Origin: the human T2T-CHM13v2.0 reference genome, Homo sapiens
Strand: one strand, 5' to 3'
NCBI RefSeq assembly: GCF_009914755.1
Contig: NC_060947.1
Length of the DNA stretch: 64,000 bases
Part shown: positions 13,283 through 35,971 of the stretch, piece after piece
Layout of the letters: every line of letters starts with the position of its first letter
Numbering within the stretch: position 1 is the stretch's first letter
Program-made: the position numbers and the translations under genes
The notes under the pieces: generated by a model
The model's input: the letters and a program-made list of their open reading frames with translations, nothing else
The model's database searches: none
Told to the model about the DNA's origin: nothing

Positions 13283-14029
13283 AAAATAGTTTATTTCTAG
13301 TCCTCTTGTTGATAACGCCTACCCACAAGTTTCATTGATTCATTGATCTTGGGGATAAGAAAGTACACAGGCCAATATGCCTTGGGGAATAATCTTTGGC
13401 TTCTTTCCTGGTTTAAAATGGATAGTTGAAATATCATTATTCTGCATGTATAATTTGGATTAAGTACTGCCCAATGCATTCAAATTGTCAGGGATATTCA
13501 CAGAAGACTACACACACACACCCACCCACACACACACAAAGCAGAATCCCTATTGCCTATATGGTGGGTACGGATTTGTAAGCTAGTTCTCTGCTTGCTA
13601 AGGAAGTGGAAGGGATTCTACCAATCACAACGTGGTTCCCTCAGAATGTATTACCTTTTGTTGATGCAACCAATAATTCCTCTATCTCATTAATATGATG
13701 TTGACTTAATTTATGTTAATTTCACACATTTTCAGAGTTGGAAGAAAACTTAGATACCATTTGATCTAATGTATTAAGAAGATGCATCAATCTGCTGTAC
13801 ATTATCCCTAATAATTGCTTACTCAGCTTTTGGGAACACCTGAAGTAATGGAGGAACTTAGCTCCTGGAACAGTCTATTCTATTGTTGGAAAACTCCAAT
13901 TGTTAGACACATTTTCCTCATATCAAGTATATATATACCTCCTCACAACTCCCTTCCATTGATTGTAATTTTGCTCCATGGGGAGGAATCAGATTTGTTT
14001 AAAAACAAAGAGACTTATACTCAGGCATT

Positions 14030-14920
14030 TAAAGATCTGTTATAGCTCAATAATAAGACAACTCAATAAAAAAAGGAAAAAGACTAAACAGACACTTCGC
14101 ATTAGAAGATATACAGATGGCAAACAAGCACATGAAAAGATTAGTCATTACAGAAGTGCAAATTAAAAATCACAAGGAGCCTCCATTTCATACTTTATGG
14201 AATAGAATATAAGAAACTATCACCACCACCAACAAAAACAAACTTATAACACTAAATGATAATGAAGATGTGGAATAAGGAGAACTCTCATATATCAATT
14301 ATAGGAAAGCAAAATGGTAGAACTGCTTTGGAAAACACTTTGGCAGTTTCTTATAAGGTTAATCATCCACTTACCATATGACCCAAGAATCCCACAGCTA
14401 GGTATTTACTCAAGAGAAACAAAAACATATATCTCCACAAAGGCTTATACATATATATTCTTATCAGCTTTATTCAAAATAGTTTCAAACTGGAAACAAA
14501 CCAAATGTTCCTAAACTGGTGAATAAATAAGCAAACTGTGATCATCTGTAATATGAAATACTTCTCCGCAATAAAAACAAGTTACTTCATACACATACTC
14601 ACAGATGAATCTTAAAAATATATGATGCTAAGTGAAGAAAGCCTAATACAAAAGGCTCCATACTGTATGATTCAATTTATATAACTATGGGAAAGGTAAA
14701 ACTAAAGGGACAGAAAACAGATCAGCAGTTGTCAGGGATGAAGAGTGAGAGGGTTTCTTGTGAATGGGGTAAAGGGAATCATTTGGGGTAATATAAATAT
14801 TCTGTAACTGTATAGTGGTGGTTTTTACATTCCTGTTTACTACTGTCAAAACTTATCAACCTGTATACTCAAAAATGGTGACACTGCATATAAATTATAT
14901 CTCAATAAATCTGACAAAAA
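14030..14920 (+). mobile_element. Old L1M 3' portion
   Basis: ORF2 C-terminal homology (LPYDPRIPQLGIY); 3' UTR ending TATCTCAATAAA. Confidence 0.8.
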
Positions 14921-17900
14921 CAAAGATCTAAAAATAGATATTTACCTTTGGTGTCTTTTCATCTTAGATTTTTTGACATTTGGCAAAAAAAAGATGACAC
15001 ATATTTATCTAACTTGACTTCCCAGTCTAATATTTTTATTTTCCTCAATAGTCATACTCAAATGTGTTAGGACTTACAGGCTATAGGATTGAAAGCTGTG
15101 TTGATAGGTACACAGCTATGGTGGGAAGCAAAATCATGACTCTAAAACCTACCATTGGCTGCACTGTGGTTGATGTTTCCATGTATATATATATATAATC
15201 ATTTTGGCTCAATATACGCCCCACCATCAGTAACCTGATACAAGTGGAGACTGCAAGGCATGTTGGGAAAGGCAAAGGAGGATGGGAGGTCCAGCCCAGC
15301 CCACTGGAGAGAGACGTATTGAAGCATAGGAAAGGCAGAGCTTTGAAATGGTACATTTAGATGTAGCTATATCAAAAGCGACTTGTCAAAACGTAAAGGG
15401 GAAAAATCACTTAAAAAATTAAAACGTGATGTATACAATAGACACTACCAAAGCTCACTCCATCCGTAACTCTGTAGTGACTACTAACAACTTACGCTAA
15501 GTTATCCATTTCTGTATTACTTGCATTTTAAGACGTTCAAGTACTTTCATAATCAAGAAAAAAATAAGCTTCAGTTTTAAGTTGATCATTAATGGTTAAA
15601 TAGAAAATTGGCAGACAGGAGACAAAACTAATGTGCAGCTCCTACTTGGACAGACAGAACAGCATCTGGTGACTCACATGGTGAACTTTTGCCCCAAGAC
15701 CCACTGCAAGAACATACAAGGAAAACCAAAAAAAATCACAGACCCTTTGAAAGAAGCAGCTTGCTGCTGCAAATGCCATGAGACAGCTGAAAAACTGAGT
15801 TCCCAAAGTATGACACAGAGAAAAGTCAACCTCCAAACATACATCCCCACTGGGAAACCTGAAAATCCAGATCACCAGAGAAAGATTTAACCTTACGTAG
15901 AGCTGAAATGGATTTAGGGAGCCAAGCAAAATATAAAAGTCGAAGAAGCAGTGGGAAGGGCCCTATAGGCACTCATGGTCCCCAGCTCCAGCCCAGGGAA
16001 GCCATTCCTGGCTTTATCTCACAGAGGTCCCTGGGGAAGGGAAGGCAGCCAGCAAGAATTGTGGAGAGGCCACAGAATGAAAAAAGCTTCTAGCTGAACT
16101 CTGTAATAATTTCAACTGAGCATAAATTTTCATGAGCAGAAACCTGGTAGGGGGAAGTGATCAGAAAGCTCAGATATAAGCATAGAAGCCATAGCTGACC
16201 AGGTGGGCAGGCAGGCAAGGAGGGGTAAGGCCTGAGCCCTGCATGCTTTCTCACTGGGGAGGCTTGTAGCCTGGGGCAAGATCTCAGCCCTGCTCACCAG
16301 CTGCCTGGATATAAACGTGCAGTTGGGAGGTGGGGCAAAGCAAGAATGAGATTGGCCTTGCTGGCTGCATGGATGCTAGGTGAGGCCTGTCACTGCTGGC
16401 TTTCCCCCACTTCCCTGGCAACTTGTTTGATGCAGCAGACACAGCCATAATCCCCCTGGGAACATAACTTCATTGCCTGAGAATCACCGCCCCTCCACCA
16501 TCTCCCACAGTGGCTGCAGCAAGCCCCACCCAAGGAGAGTCTGAGCTCAGACTCACCTAACCTTGCCCCCACATGCTGGTTTTTCTTTAACTGCCCTGGT
16601 TGCCAAAGACAAAAGACATAAACTCCTGGGAAATCTATGGCACCACCTATCACCTGAAAAACGTGAGTACCCATCCTAGCCAATGTAGGGCAAGATTACA
16701 TACCCTTCTACTACAGCAGAAGGCACTCTCTTCAAAGCACCACCTGCTGGAGGCCAGCCAACTCAAGCCATTACAGCAACTCATAACAGAACAACCCTGA
16801 TCCAAAGAGGAGAAAACAACAGCTAATTCCATGTCCTACAACACCCTGGCTAACTAGAGGTCCTGAGTCTGTCCCTGTGACAACTTCACTGCTAGCATAA
16901 CCAGTATTTGAAAAAAGCCAGCACACTAAACAAAAATATAAGCAAGGACTTCCACAGAGTCCACTTCACTCCCCTGCCACCTCCAGTGGAGCAGGTGCTG
17001 GAATCTATGACTGGGAGACCTGAAGATGGATCATATCACAGGACTGTTTGCAGACATTCCCCAGAAATAGCCTGGAGCCTGGTAGCCCCACTGGGAGGCT
17101 AGACTCAGAAGAACAATAAGAATCACTGAAGTCTGATTTGCAGGAAGCTGTATCCCTGGAGAAAGAAGGAGAGCACCACATCAAGGGATCACCCCATGGG
17201 ACCAAAGAATCTGAAGATCAGCCCTTGAGTTGCAAATCTTTCCACTGAAACAGTCTACTCAAATAAGAAGGAACCAGAAAAACAATTCTGGTAATATGAC
17301 AAAACAGGGTTCTATAATATCACCAAAAGATCACACTAGCTCTCCAGCAATTGATCCAAACTAAGAAGAACTCTCTGAATTGCAGATAAAGAATTCAGAA
17401 GGTTGATTATTAAGCTACTCAAGGAGGCACCAGACAAAGGTGAAAACCAGCTTAAAGAAATTAAAAAACAACACAAAATATAGATGAAAAAGTCTAGAGA
17501 GAAATAGAGATCATAAAAGACAAACACAAATTCTGGAAATGAAAGACATACTTAAAGAATTGCAAAATACACTGGAAAGTTTCAACAAAAGAATTGAACA
17601 AAGAGAAGAAAAAACTTCAGAGCTCGAAGAGAAGGCTTTCAAATTAAACCAATCTGACAAAGACATAGAAAAATAATTAAAAAATGAACAAAGCCTTCAA
17701 AGATTTTGAGATTATGTCAAATGTCCAAACATAAGAATAACTGTTGTTCCTGAGGAAAAAAAATCTAAAAGTTCGGACAACTTATTTGAGGGAATAATCG
17801 AGAAAAACTTCCCTGGTCTTGCTACTGATCTAGACATCCGAATACAAGAAGCCAAGAACACATGGGAAATTCATCGCAAAAAGATCATCCATAGGCATAC

Positions 17901-18308
17901 AGTTATCAGGTTACCTAAAGTCAAGATGAAGGAAAGAATCTTAAGACCTGTGAGGCAGAAGCACCAGGTAAACTATAAAGAAAAACCTAGCAGATTAACA
18001 GCAGATTTCTCAGCAGAAACCCTGCAAGCCAGAAGGGATTGGGGTCCTATCCTTAGCCACCTTAAACAAAATAATTGTCAGTCAAGAATTTTGTATCTGG
18101 CAAAACTAAGCTTCATAAATGAAGGAGAAATAAAGGCTTTTTCACAAAAACAAATGCTGAGAGAATTTGCCATTACCAAGCCAGCTCTACAAGAAATGTT
18201 AAAAGGAGCTCTATATCTTGAAATAAAACCTCAAATTACACCAAAATAAAATTTCCTTAAAGCATAAATCCCACAGGACATATTAAAAAATAACATAATG
18301 AAAAATAC

Positions 18309-25633
<7,325 letters not shown>

Positions 25634-27538
25634 GAAAAACAAGGTATTCAGGTAACAACTAGTATAATGAATAGAACATTAGTTCACATCTCAATACTAA
25701 AGTTGAATATAAATGGCCTAAATAATCTATTTAGAAGATACAGAATGGCAGAATGGAGAAAAATCTACCACTCAAGTATCTCCTGTCTTCAAGAGTCTCA
25801 CCTAAGACATATGGACTCACATAAACTTAAGGTAAAGGTGTGGAAAAAGATATTCAATGCCAATGGAAACCAAAAGTGAACCAGAGTAGCTATTCTTATA
25901 TCAGACAAAACAGACTTTAAAGGAACAAATTTAAAAAAGACAAAGAGAGACATTATATAATGATGAAAAATTTAGGGCAATAGGAAAATGTAGCAATCCT
26001 AAATATATATGCACCTAACACTTGTGCTCCCAAATTTATGAAACAATAACTATTAGACCTAAGAAACAAGATAGATGGCAACACAGCAGTAGTGGGGGAC
26101 TTCGATACTCAACTGACAGCACTAGACTGGTCATCAAGACAGAAAGCCAACAAAGAAACAATGTATTTAAGCTATATACCCTACAACAAATGGAATTAAC
26201 AGATATTTACAGAATATTCTACCAAACTACTGCAGAATATACATTCTTTTCATCAGCACATGGAACATTTTGCAAGATAGATCATATGACAGGACACAAA
26301 AAAGTTTCAATAAATTTAAGAAAATTGAAATTATATCAAGTACTCTCACAGACAACAGTGGAATAAAATTGGAAGTTAACTCCAAAAGGAACCTTCAAAA
26401 CTATACACATACATGGAAATTAAATAATCTGCTCCTGGATCAACAGTAAAATCAAGATGGAAAGGAAAAAATTGTTCGGACTGAATAATAATAGTGACAC
26501 AACCTATTGTGTCTCTGGGATACAGCAAAAGTGGTGCTAAGAAGAAAGTTTGTAATATTAAGCATCTACATCAAAAAGTCTGAAGAGTGCAAACAAACAA
26601 TCTAAGCTCACACCTCAAGAAACATGAGAAACAAGAACAAACCAAACCAAAGCAAGTGGAAAAAAAAAGTAACAAAGTCAGAGCAGAACTAAATGAAATT
26701 GAAACAAAAAATACAAAAGATAAATAAAACAAAAAGCTAGATATTTGAAAGATAAACAAAATCAATAGACCATTAGCGAGATTAACCAACATAAAAAGAG
26801 AGAAGTACAAATAAGCTCAATTAGAAACGAAATAGGAAATATTACAACTGATAGCACAGAAATACAAAAGATCATTGAAGGCTACTATGAATACCTTCAA
26901 GACCACAAACTAGAAAACCTAGAGGAGATGGATAAATTCCTAGAAATATTCAAGCTTCCTAGATTAAACCAGGAAGAAACAGAATCTCTGAACATCCCAA
27001 TAACAAGTAGCAAGATAGAAAGAGTAACAAAAAAATGCTAACAAAAAGAAATCCAGGACCAGATAAATTCACAGCTGAATTCTATCAGACATTCGAAGAA
27101 TAGGTACTCCTACTGAAACTATTCCAAAAGACAGAGACAAAGGGAATCCTCCCTAAATCATTCTATAAAGCCAGTATCGCCCTAATACCAAAACCAGGAA
27201 AGGACATAACAAAAAAAGAAAACTACAGACCAATATCCCTGATGAATAGAGATGCAAAAGTCCTCTACAAAATACTAGCTAACCGAATCCAATAGCATAT
27301 CAAAAAGATAATTCACCATGATCAAGTGGTTTCCTACCAAGGATGCAGGGCTAGTTTAACATACGCAAGCAATAAATATGATACACCATATAAATGGAAT
27401 TAAAAACAATAATAATACGATTATCTCAATAGACACAGAAAAAGCATTTGATGAAATCCCGCATCCCTTTATGATTAAAACCCTCAGCAAAATCAGCATA
27501 GAAGGGATACACCTTATGGCAACGAAAGCCATCTATGA

Positions 27539-27997
<459 letters not shown>

Positions 27998-30648
27998 TAA
28001 AGAGAGAAAAAAAATCCAAATCTGTAGAGAAATTCAAACTGTTGCTGTTTACCGATGATATGATCGTACACCTAGAAAACCCTAAAGACTCATCCTAAAA
28101 GCTCCAGATCTGGTCAATGAATGCAGTAGTGTCTGGATATAAAATCAGTGTACATAAATCAGTAGCACTGCTATACACCAACAACGCCCAAGCTGAGAAT
28201 CAAATCAAGAACTCAACCCCTTTTACAATAACTGAATAAAGCAACAACTTAGGAATATACCTAACCAAGGAGGTGAAAGACTTCTACAAGGAAAACTACA
28301 TAACACTGCTGAAAGAAGTCATAGATGACACAAACAAGTAGAAACACATCCCATGCTCATGGATGGGTAGAATCAATATTGTGAAAATGACCATACGACA
28401 AAAGCAATCTACAGATTCAATGCAATTCCCATTAAAATATCATCATCATTCTTCACAGAACTAGAAAAAAATTCCTGAAATTTGTATGAAACCAAAAAAG
28501 AGCCCACATAGCCAAAGAAAGGCTATGCAAAAAGAACAAATCTGGAGATATCACATTACCCAATTTCTAAATATACTACCAGGCTATAGTCAACAAAACA
28601 GCATGGTACTTGTATAAAAACAGGCACACAGACCAATGGAACAGAATAGAGAACCCAGAAATAAAGCCAAATACTTAGAGCCAACTGATCTTTGAGGAAG
28701 AAAACAAAACACAAAATGGGGAAAGGACACCCGATTCAACAAATGGTGCTGGGATAGTTGGCAAGCCATATGCAGAAGAATGAAACTGAAGCCTCATCTC
28801 TCATCATATACAAAAATCAACTCAAGATGGATCAAAGACTTAACCTAAGACCTGAAATCATAAAAATTCCAGAAAATAACATGGGGAAACTCTTCTAGAC
28901 TTTGGTTTAGGCAAAGAGCTCATGACCCAGACCCAAAAGCAAATGCAACAAAAACAAAGATAAATAGATCGGACTTAAACTAAAAAGCTTCTGCACAGCA
29001 AAATAAATATTCAGCAAAGTAAACAGAAAATCTACAGAATGGGAAAAAATATTCTTAAACTATGCATCTGATAAGGGACTAATATCCAGAATCTACAAGG
29101 AACTCAAACAAATCATCAAGAAAAAACAAATAATCCCATTAAAAAGTGAGCTAAAGACATGAATAGACAATTCTAAAAAGAAGATATACAAATGGCCAAC
29201 AAACATGAAAAAATGCTGGACATCACTAATGATCAGGGAAATGCAAATCAAAACCACAATGAGATACCACCTTATTCCTGCAAGAATGGCCATAATTTAA
29301 AAATCAAAAAACAATAAACATTGGCATGAATGTGGTAAAAAGGGAACACTTTTACACTGCTAATGGGAAGGTAAACTATTACAACCACTATGGAAAACAT
29401 TACGGAGATTCCCTAAAGAACTGAAAGTAGATCTACCATTTGACTCAGCAATCCCACTACTATGTATCTTTGGTTTAAAATAAAATAATAAAATAAGTCA
29501 TTATAAGAAAAATACACCTGCACATGTATGTTTATAGCAGCACAATTCACAATTGCAAAAATATGAAACCAGCCCAAATGCTCATCAACCAATGAGTGGA
29601 TAAAGAAAATGTGGTGTATACATATCATGGAATAATACTTAGCCATTAAAAGGAATAAGATAATGGCATTTTATCTGGATGGAGTTGGAGACCATTATTC
29701 TAAGTGAAGTGTCTCAGAAATAGAAAACCAAACATCTATGTTTTCAGTTATAAGTGGGAGCTAAGTTATGAGGATGCAAATGCATAAGAATGGACTTTGG
29801 GGATTTAGGGGAAGGATGGGAGTGGGGTGAGGGATAAAAGGCTACGCACTGGGTTCAGTGTACAGTTTGGGTGATGGGTACACCAAAATCTCAGAAATCA
29901 CAGCTAAAGTACTTATCCATGTAATCAAACACCACCTGCTCCCCCAAAACTATTGAAATAATAATAATAATAATAATAAATGGTTAAATAAATCTAGTAT
30001 ACCCATACTATGAAATACTCGGAGATCATTTTAAAATGAAATATATTTGTATATAGTAACATGGAAATACATTTATGATATATTATTAAAAAATATAGTT
30101 TCAGAAAAATATGCACAGTATCACTCAATTAAAATAAACAACCAAGCCTATATAAATATACATACCTATACTTATATGTTTCTATGTGAATGCAAAGAAA
30201 AAGATCTCAAATACAAATAAAACTAAATATAGCAGTTGTCTATGAATAGTGATAGAGGAGGCAGTGTGAAGATAACTGGAAATTTTCATTTTCTAGATTT
30301 CTATATTGTTTGACTTTTCAATAAATATTTTTGTAACAAAAATATCTATATTTAAATGTCTTTTAGGAGTGGGTTAGCATCTAAGGGAGGCTTTTATCTG
30401 ATCTCTAAACCTTAATTATAAAGTAATTTTATAATAATAAATATAAAATAATATATTATTGAGAGCACTGAGATAACTAATTAAAACCAACCTGAAGATT
30501 TCCTATACAGTCTGGAGGTGAGTCTAAAAGATCATACTGTAGCCCAGACGTTTTACTCTCAGTGCCCTCTCACCTTCCTGATGTTTAATGTATTACCAAT
30601 AAATTAAGGTTAGTATAATTGAGAATCTGACACAAAGCAGATCTTTCT

Positions 30649-31684
30649 TTTATTTTTAAAGTTTTATTTTCGGTTCGGGGGCACATGTAAAGGTTTCTTA
30701 TATAGGTAAACTTGTGTCAAAGGGGTTTGTTGTATAGATTACTTCGTCACCTAGGTATTATTAATCTTAGTACCCAATTGTTATTTTTTCTGTTCCTCTG
30801 CCTCCTCCCACTTTCCATCCTCAAGTAGAACCCAGTGTCTGTTGTTCTCTTCTTCATGGTTCATGAGTTCTCACAATTTAGCTCCCACTTATAAGTGAGA
30901 ACATGTGGTATTTTCTGTTCGGTAAAGATAATAGCCTCCAGCCCCATCCATGTTCCCACAAAAGACATGATCTCATTCTTTTCTATAGCTGCACAGTACT
31001 TCATGGTGTGTATGCACCACATTTGCTTTATCCAATCTGTCATTGATGGGCATTTAGGTTGATTCCACATCTTTGCTATTGTGAATAGTGCTGCAATGAT
31101 CACTTGCTTGCATGTGTCTTTATGGTAAAATGATTTATATTACTCGGGGAATATACACCCAGTAATGGGATTGCTGGGTCGAATGGTATTTCTGTTTTTA
31201 GGTCTTTGAGGAATCACCACGCTGTCTTCCACAATTGTTGAACTAATTTGCACTCCCACCAACAGTGTGTAAGTGTTCCCTTTTCTCCACAATCTCACCA
31301 GCATCTATTATTTTTTGACTTTTTAATAGTAGCCATTCTGAGATGGTATCTCATTGTGGTTTTGATTTGCAGTTCTGTAATGATGAGTGATATTGAGCTT
31401 TTATTCACATTTGTCGGCCACAGGTATGTTTTCTTTTGAAAATTGTCTGTTCATGCCCTTTGCCCACTTTTCAATGGGATTATTTGATGTTCTCTTATAA
31501 ATTTAAGTTCTTTATAGCTGCTGGATATTAGACTTTTTTCAAGTGCATAGTTTGCAAAAATTTTCTTCCATTCTGTAGGTTGTCTCCCATTCTGTAGATT
31601 GTTTACTCTGTTGATAGTTTCTTTTGCTGTGCAGAAGCTCTTCAGTTTAATTAGATCCCATTTGCCAATTTTTGCTTTTGTTAG
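30649..31684 (-). mobile_element. 5'-truncated older L1PA/PB
   Basis: ORF2 C-terminus; TSD AAGCAGAT(C/A)TTTCT at 30635-30648 and 31685-31698. Confidence 0.88.
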
Positions 31685-31733
31685 AAGCAGATATTTCTAC
31701 ACTTTGGATTTTCAAATGGAAACCTAATATTCT

Positions 31734-32115
31734 TGTATCAGTTTGCTAGGGCTGCCATAATAAAGTAACACAGACTGGGTCTCTAAATGGCAGAAATTTA
31801 TTGTCTCACAATTCTGGAGGTTAGAAGTCCAAGATAAAAGTGTCAGCAGGATTGGCCATTTTGAAGGCCTCTCTCCTTGGCATGTAGATAGTCATCTTCT
31901 CCCTGTGTCTTCACATGGTCTTCCTTCTGTACCTATCTGTGTCCAGATTTCCTTTCCCTATAAGGACATCAGACTGGATTACAGCCCACCCTAGTTGACC
32001 TCATTTTAACTTAACTACCTCTTTAAAGACCTTATACAAATAGTCACATTCTGAAGTACTGAAAGTAAGGGCTTAAACAGATGAATTTTGAGAGGACACA
32101 AGTTGACCCATAACA
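31734..32115 (-). mobile_element. MLT1 (MaLR) solo LTR, MLT1B-like
   Basis: TG...CA ends; 5-bp TSD ATTCT/GTTCT; MLT1 motifs. Confidence 0.85.
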
Positions 32116-32597
32116 GTTCTGTTATTTAGAAATTACATCTGTTTCTGAAAAGGTAAATAATTACAACCATTTTATGAATGAAATCAGAAAATTTAGTATG
32201 CAAACCATTTAAAATGCAAATTAATTATTAGATTAGTTGAACTTTTGTTTAAAATGATTAATGGACCTTTTTGCAGAAGAGCAACTGTGGGCAACGCATT
32301 ATTTTAATTATATGTGCATCATCTGATGGATCATGCCTAAAGTTCATATCATTCCTAAATTTATCTCTTAATCATCACCTCATCCCTGGACTCTACTAAA
32401 TCCCTAAGCTCCAGATCATCCCAGATTTTTACTTCAAGTGTGGAGCAGGGAAGATTTCCCAGTCATGATCTTCAAAATATGGATAGTATGATGCTGAATG
32501 AAATCATCTATGCAATATATTTATGAAATCAAAATAAATACATTATCATGTTTTTAAAAGTATGATCTATGGGAAAACATATGAACTCACATATTTA

Positions 32598-32845
32598 AAA
32601 AAGATCTAGTATTTGATGGCACAACAGGGTGACAACAGTCAATATTTTACTGTATATTTAAAAATAACTAAATGGTATAACTGGAATATTTATAATACAG
32701 AGAAATAATAAATGTTTGAAGTGATGGATATCCCATTTACCCTGATGTGATTATTACACATTGTATGCCCATATCAAAATATCTCATGTACCTCCTAAAT
32801 ATATACACCTACTATCTATCCAAAAAAATTAAAAAATAAAAAAAG
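32598..32845 (+). mobile_element. L1MA 3' end fragment
   Basis: CCCATTTACCCTGATGTGATTATTACACATTG motif; A tail. Confidence 0.75.
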
Positions 32846-33412
32846 AGTATCTGAATCCTGCAAAACCAAGGCAGATATTATATATCTATAATATTCAGGA
32901 TTGTGATTCAGATGATCTGAGCTTTAGTCCTTTCTGTGCAGTAGAATCAGCATAACTAGGTCAATATATTTTACTTCTTTGGTTCTGAATTGTTCTCCCT
33001 ATAAAATACAAATGTATGGATTTTGACAATCTATTCACAAAAGTAGTCATAAGGAATTATAATCCTGAAATATGTTATGCTTCTTAGAAGAGAGATCTTT
33101 CAGATCCTCTCCAATGTTAATAACAATAAAAATCATAATCATAATACTATTAACTATTATTTTGTATTTATCATGTGTCAGGCACTATACCAAGAGACTT
33201 ACATACATAATCTCATTAGTGCTCAAAATAACCATGAAAGATCACAGAGGAAGAAAGTGAAACTTAGAGAAGTTAAGTTCCCCAAGATCACATATATAGT
33301 AAGTGGCAAAGTCAATACTTGATCCGAGGTAGATCTAACACCAAAGTCTGGTTATTTGCTACTGATATAATGCTTTTTAACAGTGCATTAGAGAGTGAAA
33401 TTTATCAGGAAT

Positions 33413-33868
33413 TGTATTTGTTTCCTAGGGCTGTGGTAATAAATGACCACAAGCTGGGTGGCTTAAAATAATAGAAATTTATTCTCTCAGAGTTCTGGAA
33501 GCTAGAAGTCTGAAATCAAGGTGTAGGCAGGGCCATACTCTTGCTGAAATGCCCAGGGGAGTATCCTTCTTTGCCTCTTTCTAGTTTCTGAAGGTTGCGG
33601 GCAATCCATAGTGTTACTTGGCTTGTGGCAGCATAACTCCAGACTCTGTCTCCATTTTCATATGGCTGTCCTCTCTCTGTATGTGTCTGTGTATCCAAAT
33701 TTCCCTCTTCATATAAGGATACCAATGACTGTATTAGGGCTCACTTGAATCCAGTATGGCCTCATCTTAACTTGATTATATCTGAAAAGACCATCTTTCC
33801 AAATAAGGTCACATTTACAAGTTCCAGGTGGATGTGAATTTTAGGGAGACACTCTACAACCCAGTACA
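33413..33868 (-). mobile_element. MLT1 (MaLR) solo LTR, MLT1C-like
   Basis: TG...CA ends; perfect 5-bp TSD GGAAT at 33408-33412 and 33869-33873. Confidence 0.88.
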
Positions 33869-35509
33869 GGAATCATTATAAGTAGATAAGAAATGGGAAA
33901 ACTTTTGCAGTATGTTTGACTATGGTTTTCTTAAGCTTTGGAGACTGAAAGGTTATGTGATTTGAGGCTTTAATTTCACTGCTTTTTGTGTTTTTTTGCC
34001 AATGCCAAATAATGTTCTTACTGGCAGTCATATACTGTATTGTGTTTTACTTTGATAGTGCAGTATAATTTGAAACCTATTACATAGAATTGTGAAAATA
34101 TAATTTGAAGATGAGCAACTGTGGACAATGCATTATTCTTGATTATATGTGAATCATCTGATGGATCATGCCTAATGTTCATCTCATTCCTAAATTCATC
34201 TCTTAATCATCACCCCATCCCTGGACTCTACTAAATTCCTAAGCTCCAGATCATCCCAGATCTGTCACAAATCCACAGGATTAGAAGGGACCCCAGATAG
34301 TCATTAGACTATGACTCTGTTTCTAGTCAAGTCTCACTGGCTTATGCCATTATTCTTATTATGGTACAGTATCATCTAAGCCTCTACTCAATTTGTCTTG
34401 AAAATTTATTGTGGAAAATATTTATATATAATTATTTAATATTTTATTCAGAAGATGATCTCTGACCTTAAGGGTCATGCATACGAATAAGAGGCAACTC
34501 AAGACTTGCTCTAATTTTGTAATAATGGTAGGAAACATGCACTGATTCACCAGTACCTTCTGTTTACCACTGTTCTAAGTGCTCTACATACATTTACTCA
34601 TTATATCTTGACACTTCTATGTAACAGGTAGTATTATCATTTTTATTCTATACATGAATAAAATGAACACAATGAGGTAAAATAATTTACTAGGAAATAG
34701 CAGAGCCAGGATTTGAATTCAGACAGTCTAGCTACAGAACTCACACTTTTGTATACTATGGTCTACTGTCTTCCAACCACTCTGCTCTCTTGCCTCTATA
34801 GCCAATGCCTCTGTTGAATGAATAACAGCAAATTGGAGCTTTAAAACAGCATAATATGAATGCTAGGTAGGTTAACGAATTATAACAATTAATTCCCCTG
34901 AAGTTCTCAACTGGCTGTATAAAGTGGCTACATAAACACTCACAGTTATTACTGATAAAATAATGTAAAGCTAAAGGTTTATTAAGACTAATGATTAGCT
35001 TACACTTTTTAAATGGAAAAATGCCACAATCTCTTTAGAAAGGTAGTATATTTTGCAGGTCAAGCCAAGATGGTGGTGAGGAGCAGAGAGGAGCACAATA
35101 AATATACTGGAACTGTGATGGTGAAGGAGTTAGCCTTTAAAGTCTCTTCTGGGGCCTTTACTCCATGCCTTAAAGAGGAGATGGACTGGGCAGAAAGGCA
35201 ACATACCTAGGACAACAGTGTTGAACAAAGAGACAGCCTAGGGTCACTATGTCAGACAGAGTGCTTAACTGTGTCCTTCTCTGTCATAAATCCTGATAAT
35301 TTCCAATTCTTGCCCTACAGCCAAAGGGGACACTGAAAATGTTTTTCTCTATCTCTGTGTAAGCTTCCTGAAAACCATCATTCTAAACTTTCTCCTCACC
35401 CAAGTTTATTTCTGGGAAAATTGCTCGGTCTATAGGCTTTTATGTTATTTACTTTTAGATGAAAAAAAGGACACGGTCCTGATCAATACAATTTCCAACA
35501 TCATCTTAC

Positions 35510-35536
35510 CTTTTTCTGCTGGGCTCAAAACAGTCA
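35510..35536 (-). CDS. ZDHHC15: ZDHHC15 exon 2, 27-nt microexon (VTVLSPAEK)
   Basis: ttcacag|TGACTGTTTTGAGCCCAGCAGAAAAAG|gtaaga; phase 1-1; continues the exon 1 frame and matches the known protein. Confidence 0.95.
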
Positions 35537-35877
35537 CTGTGAAGAGACAGGAGAAAGAGAGACAGACAGACAGACAGAGATGGATGAGAGAGAGAGAGAG
35601 AGAAATTAGTTATATTTAAAAAGTCTTGTCTAACTCATTTTCCACAGCATCATTTGAGTAATTTATATAATAGTACTTTAGGAAACCACTAGGCAAAGAT
35701 GAGGGAAGGCAAGGGTGATTACATTCCATCCTTTGCTATCTTCCTTTGTCTTAAACCTTCAGCAAGGCTTTCAATCATGAGAAGCTGCTTAATCAAGATT
35801 ATTTTCAATGTTTCTTTCTCCATTGGGCTCTAATTAGCTGGGTAGAGATCCAGCAATAAAAGGCCTATGTAAACATG

Positions 35878-35971
35878 CTTTCTTTTTTTTATTATTATTA
35901 TACTTTAAGTTTTAGGGTAAATGTGCACAACGTGCAGGTTCGTTACATATGTATACATGTGCCATGTTGGT
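35878..35971 (-). mobile_element. ~90-bp L1PA extreme 3' end
   Basis: TTATACTTTAAGTTTTAGGGTA...GTGCCATGTTGGT with a T-rich tail. Confidence 0.85.
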
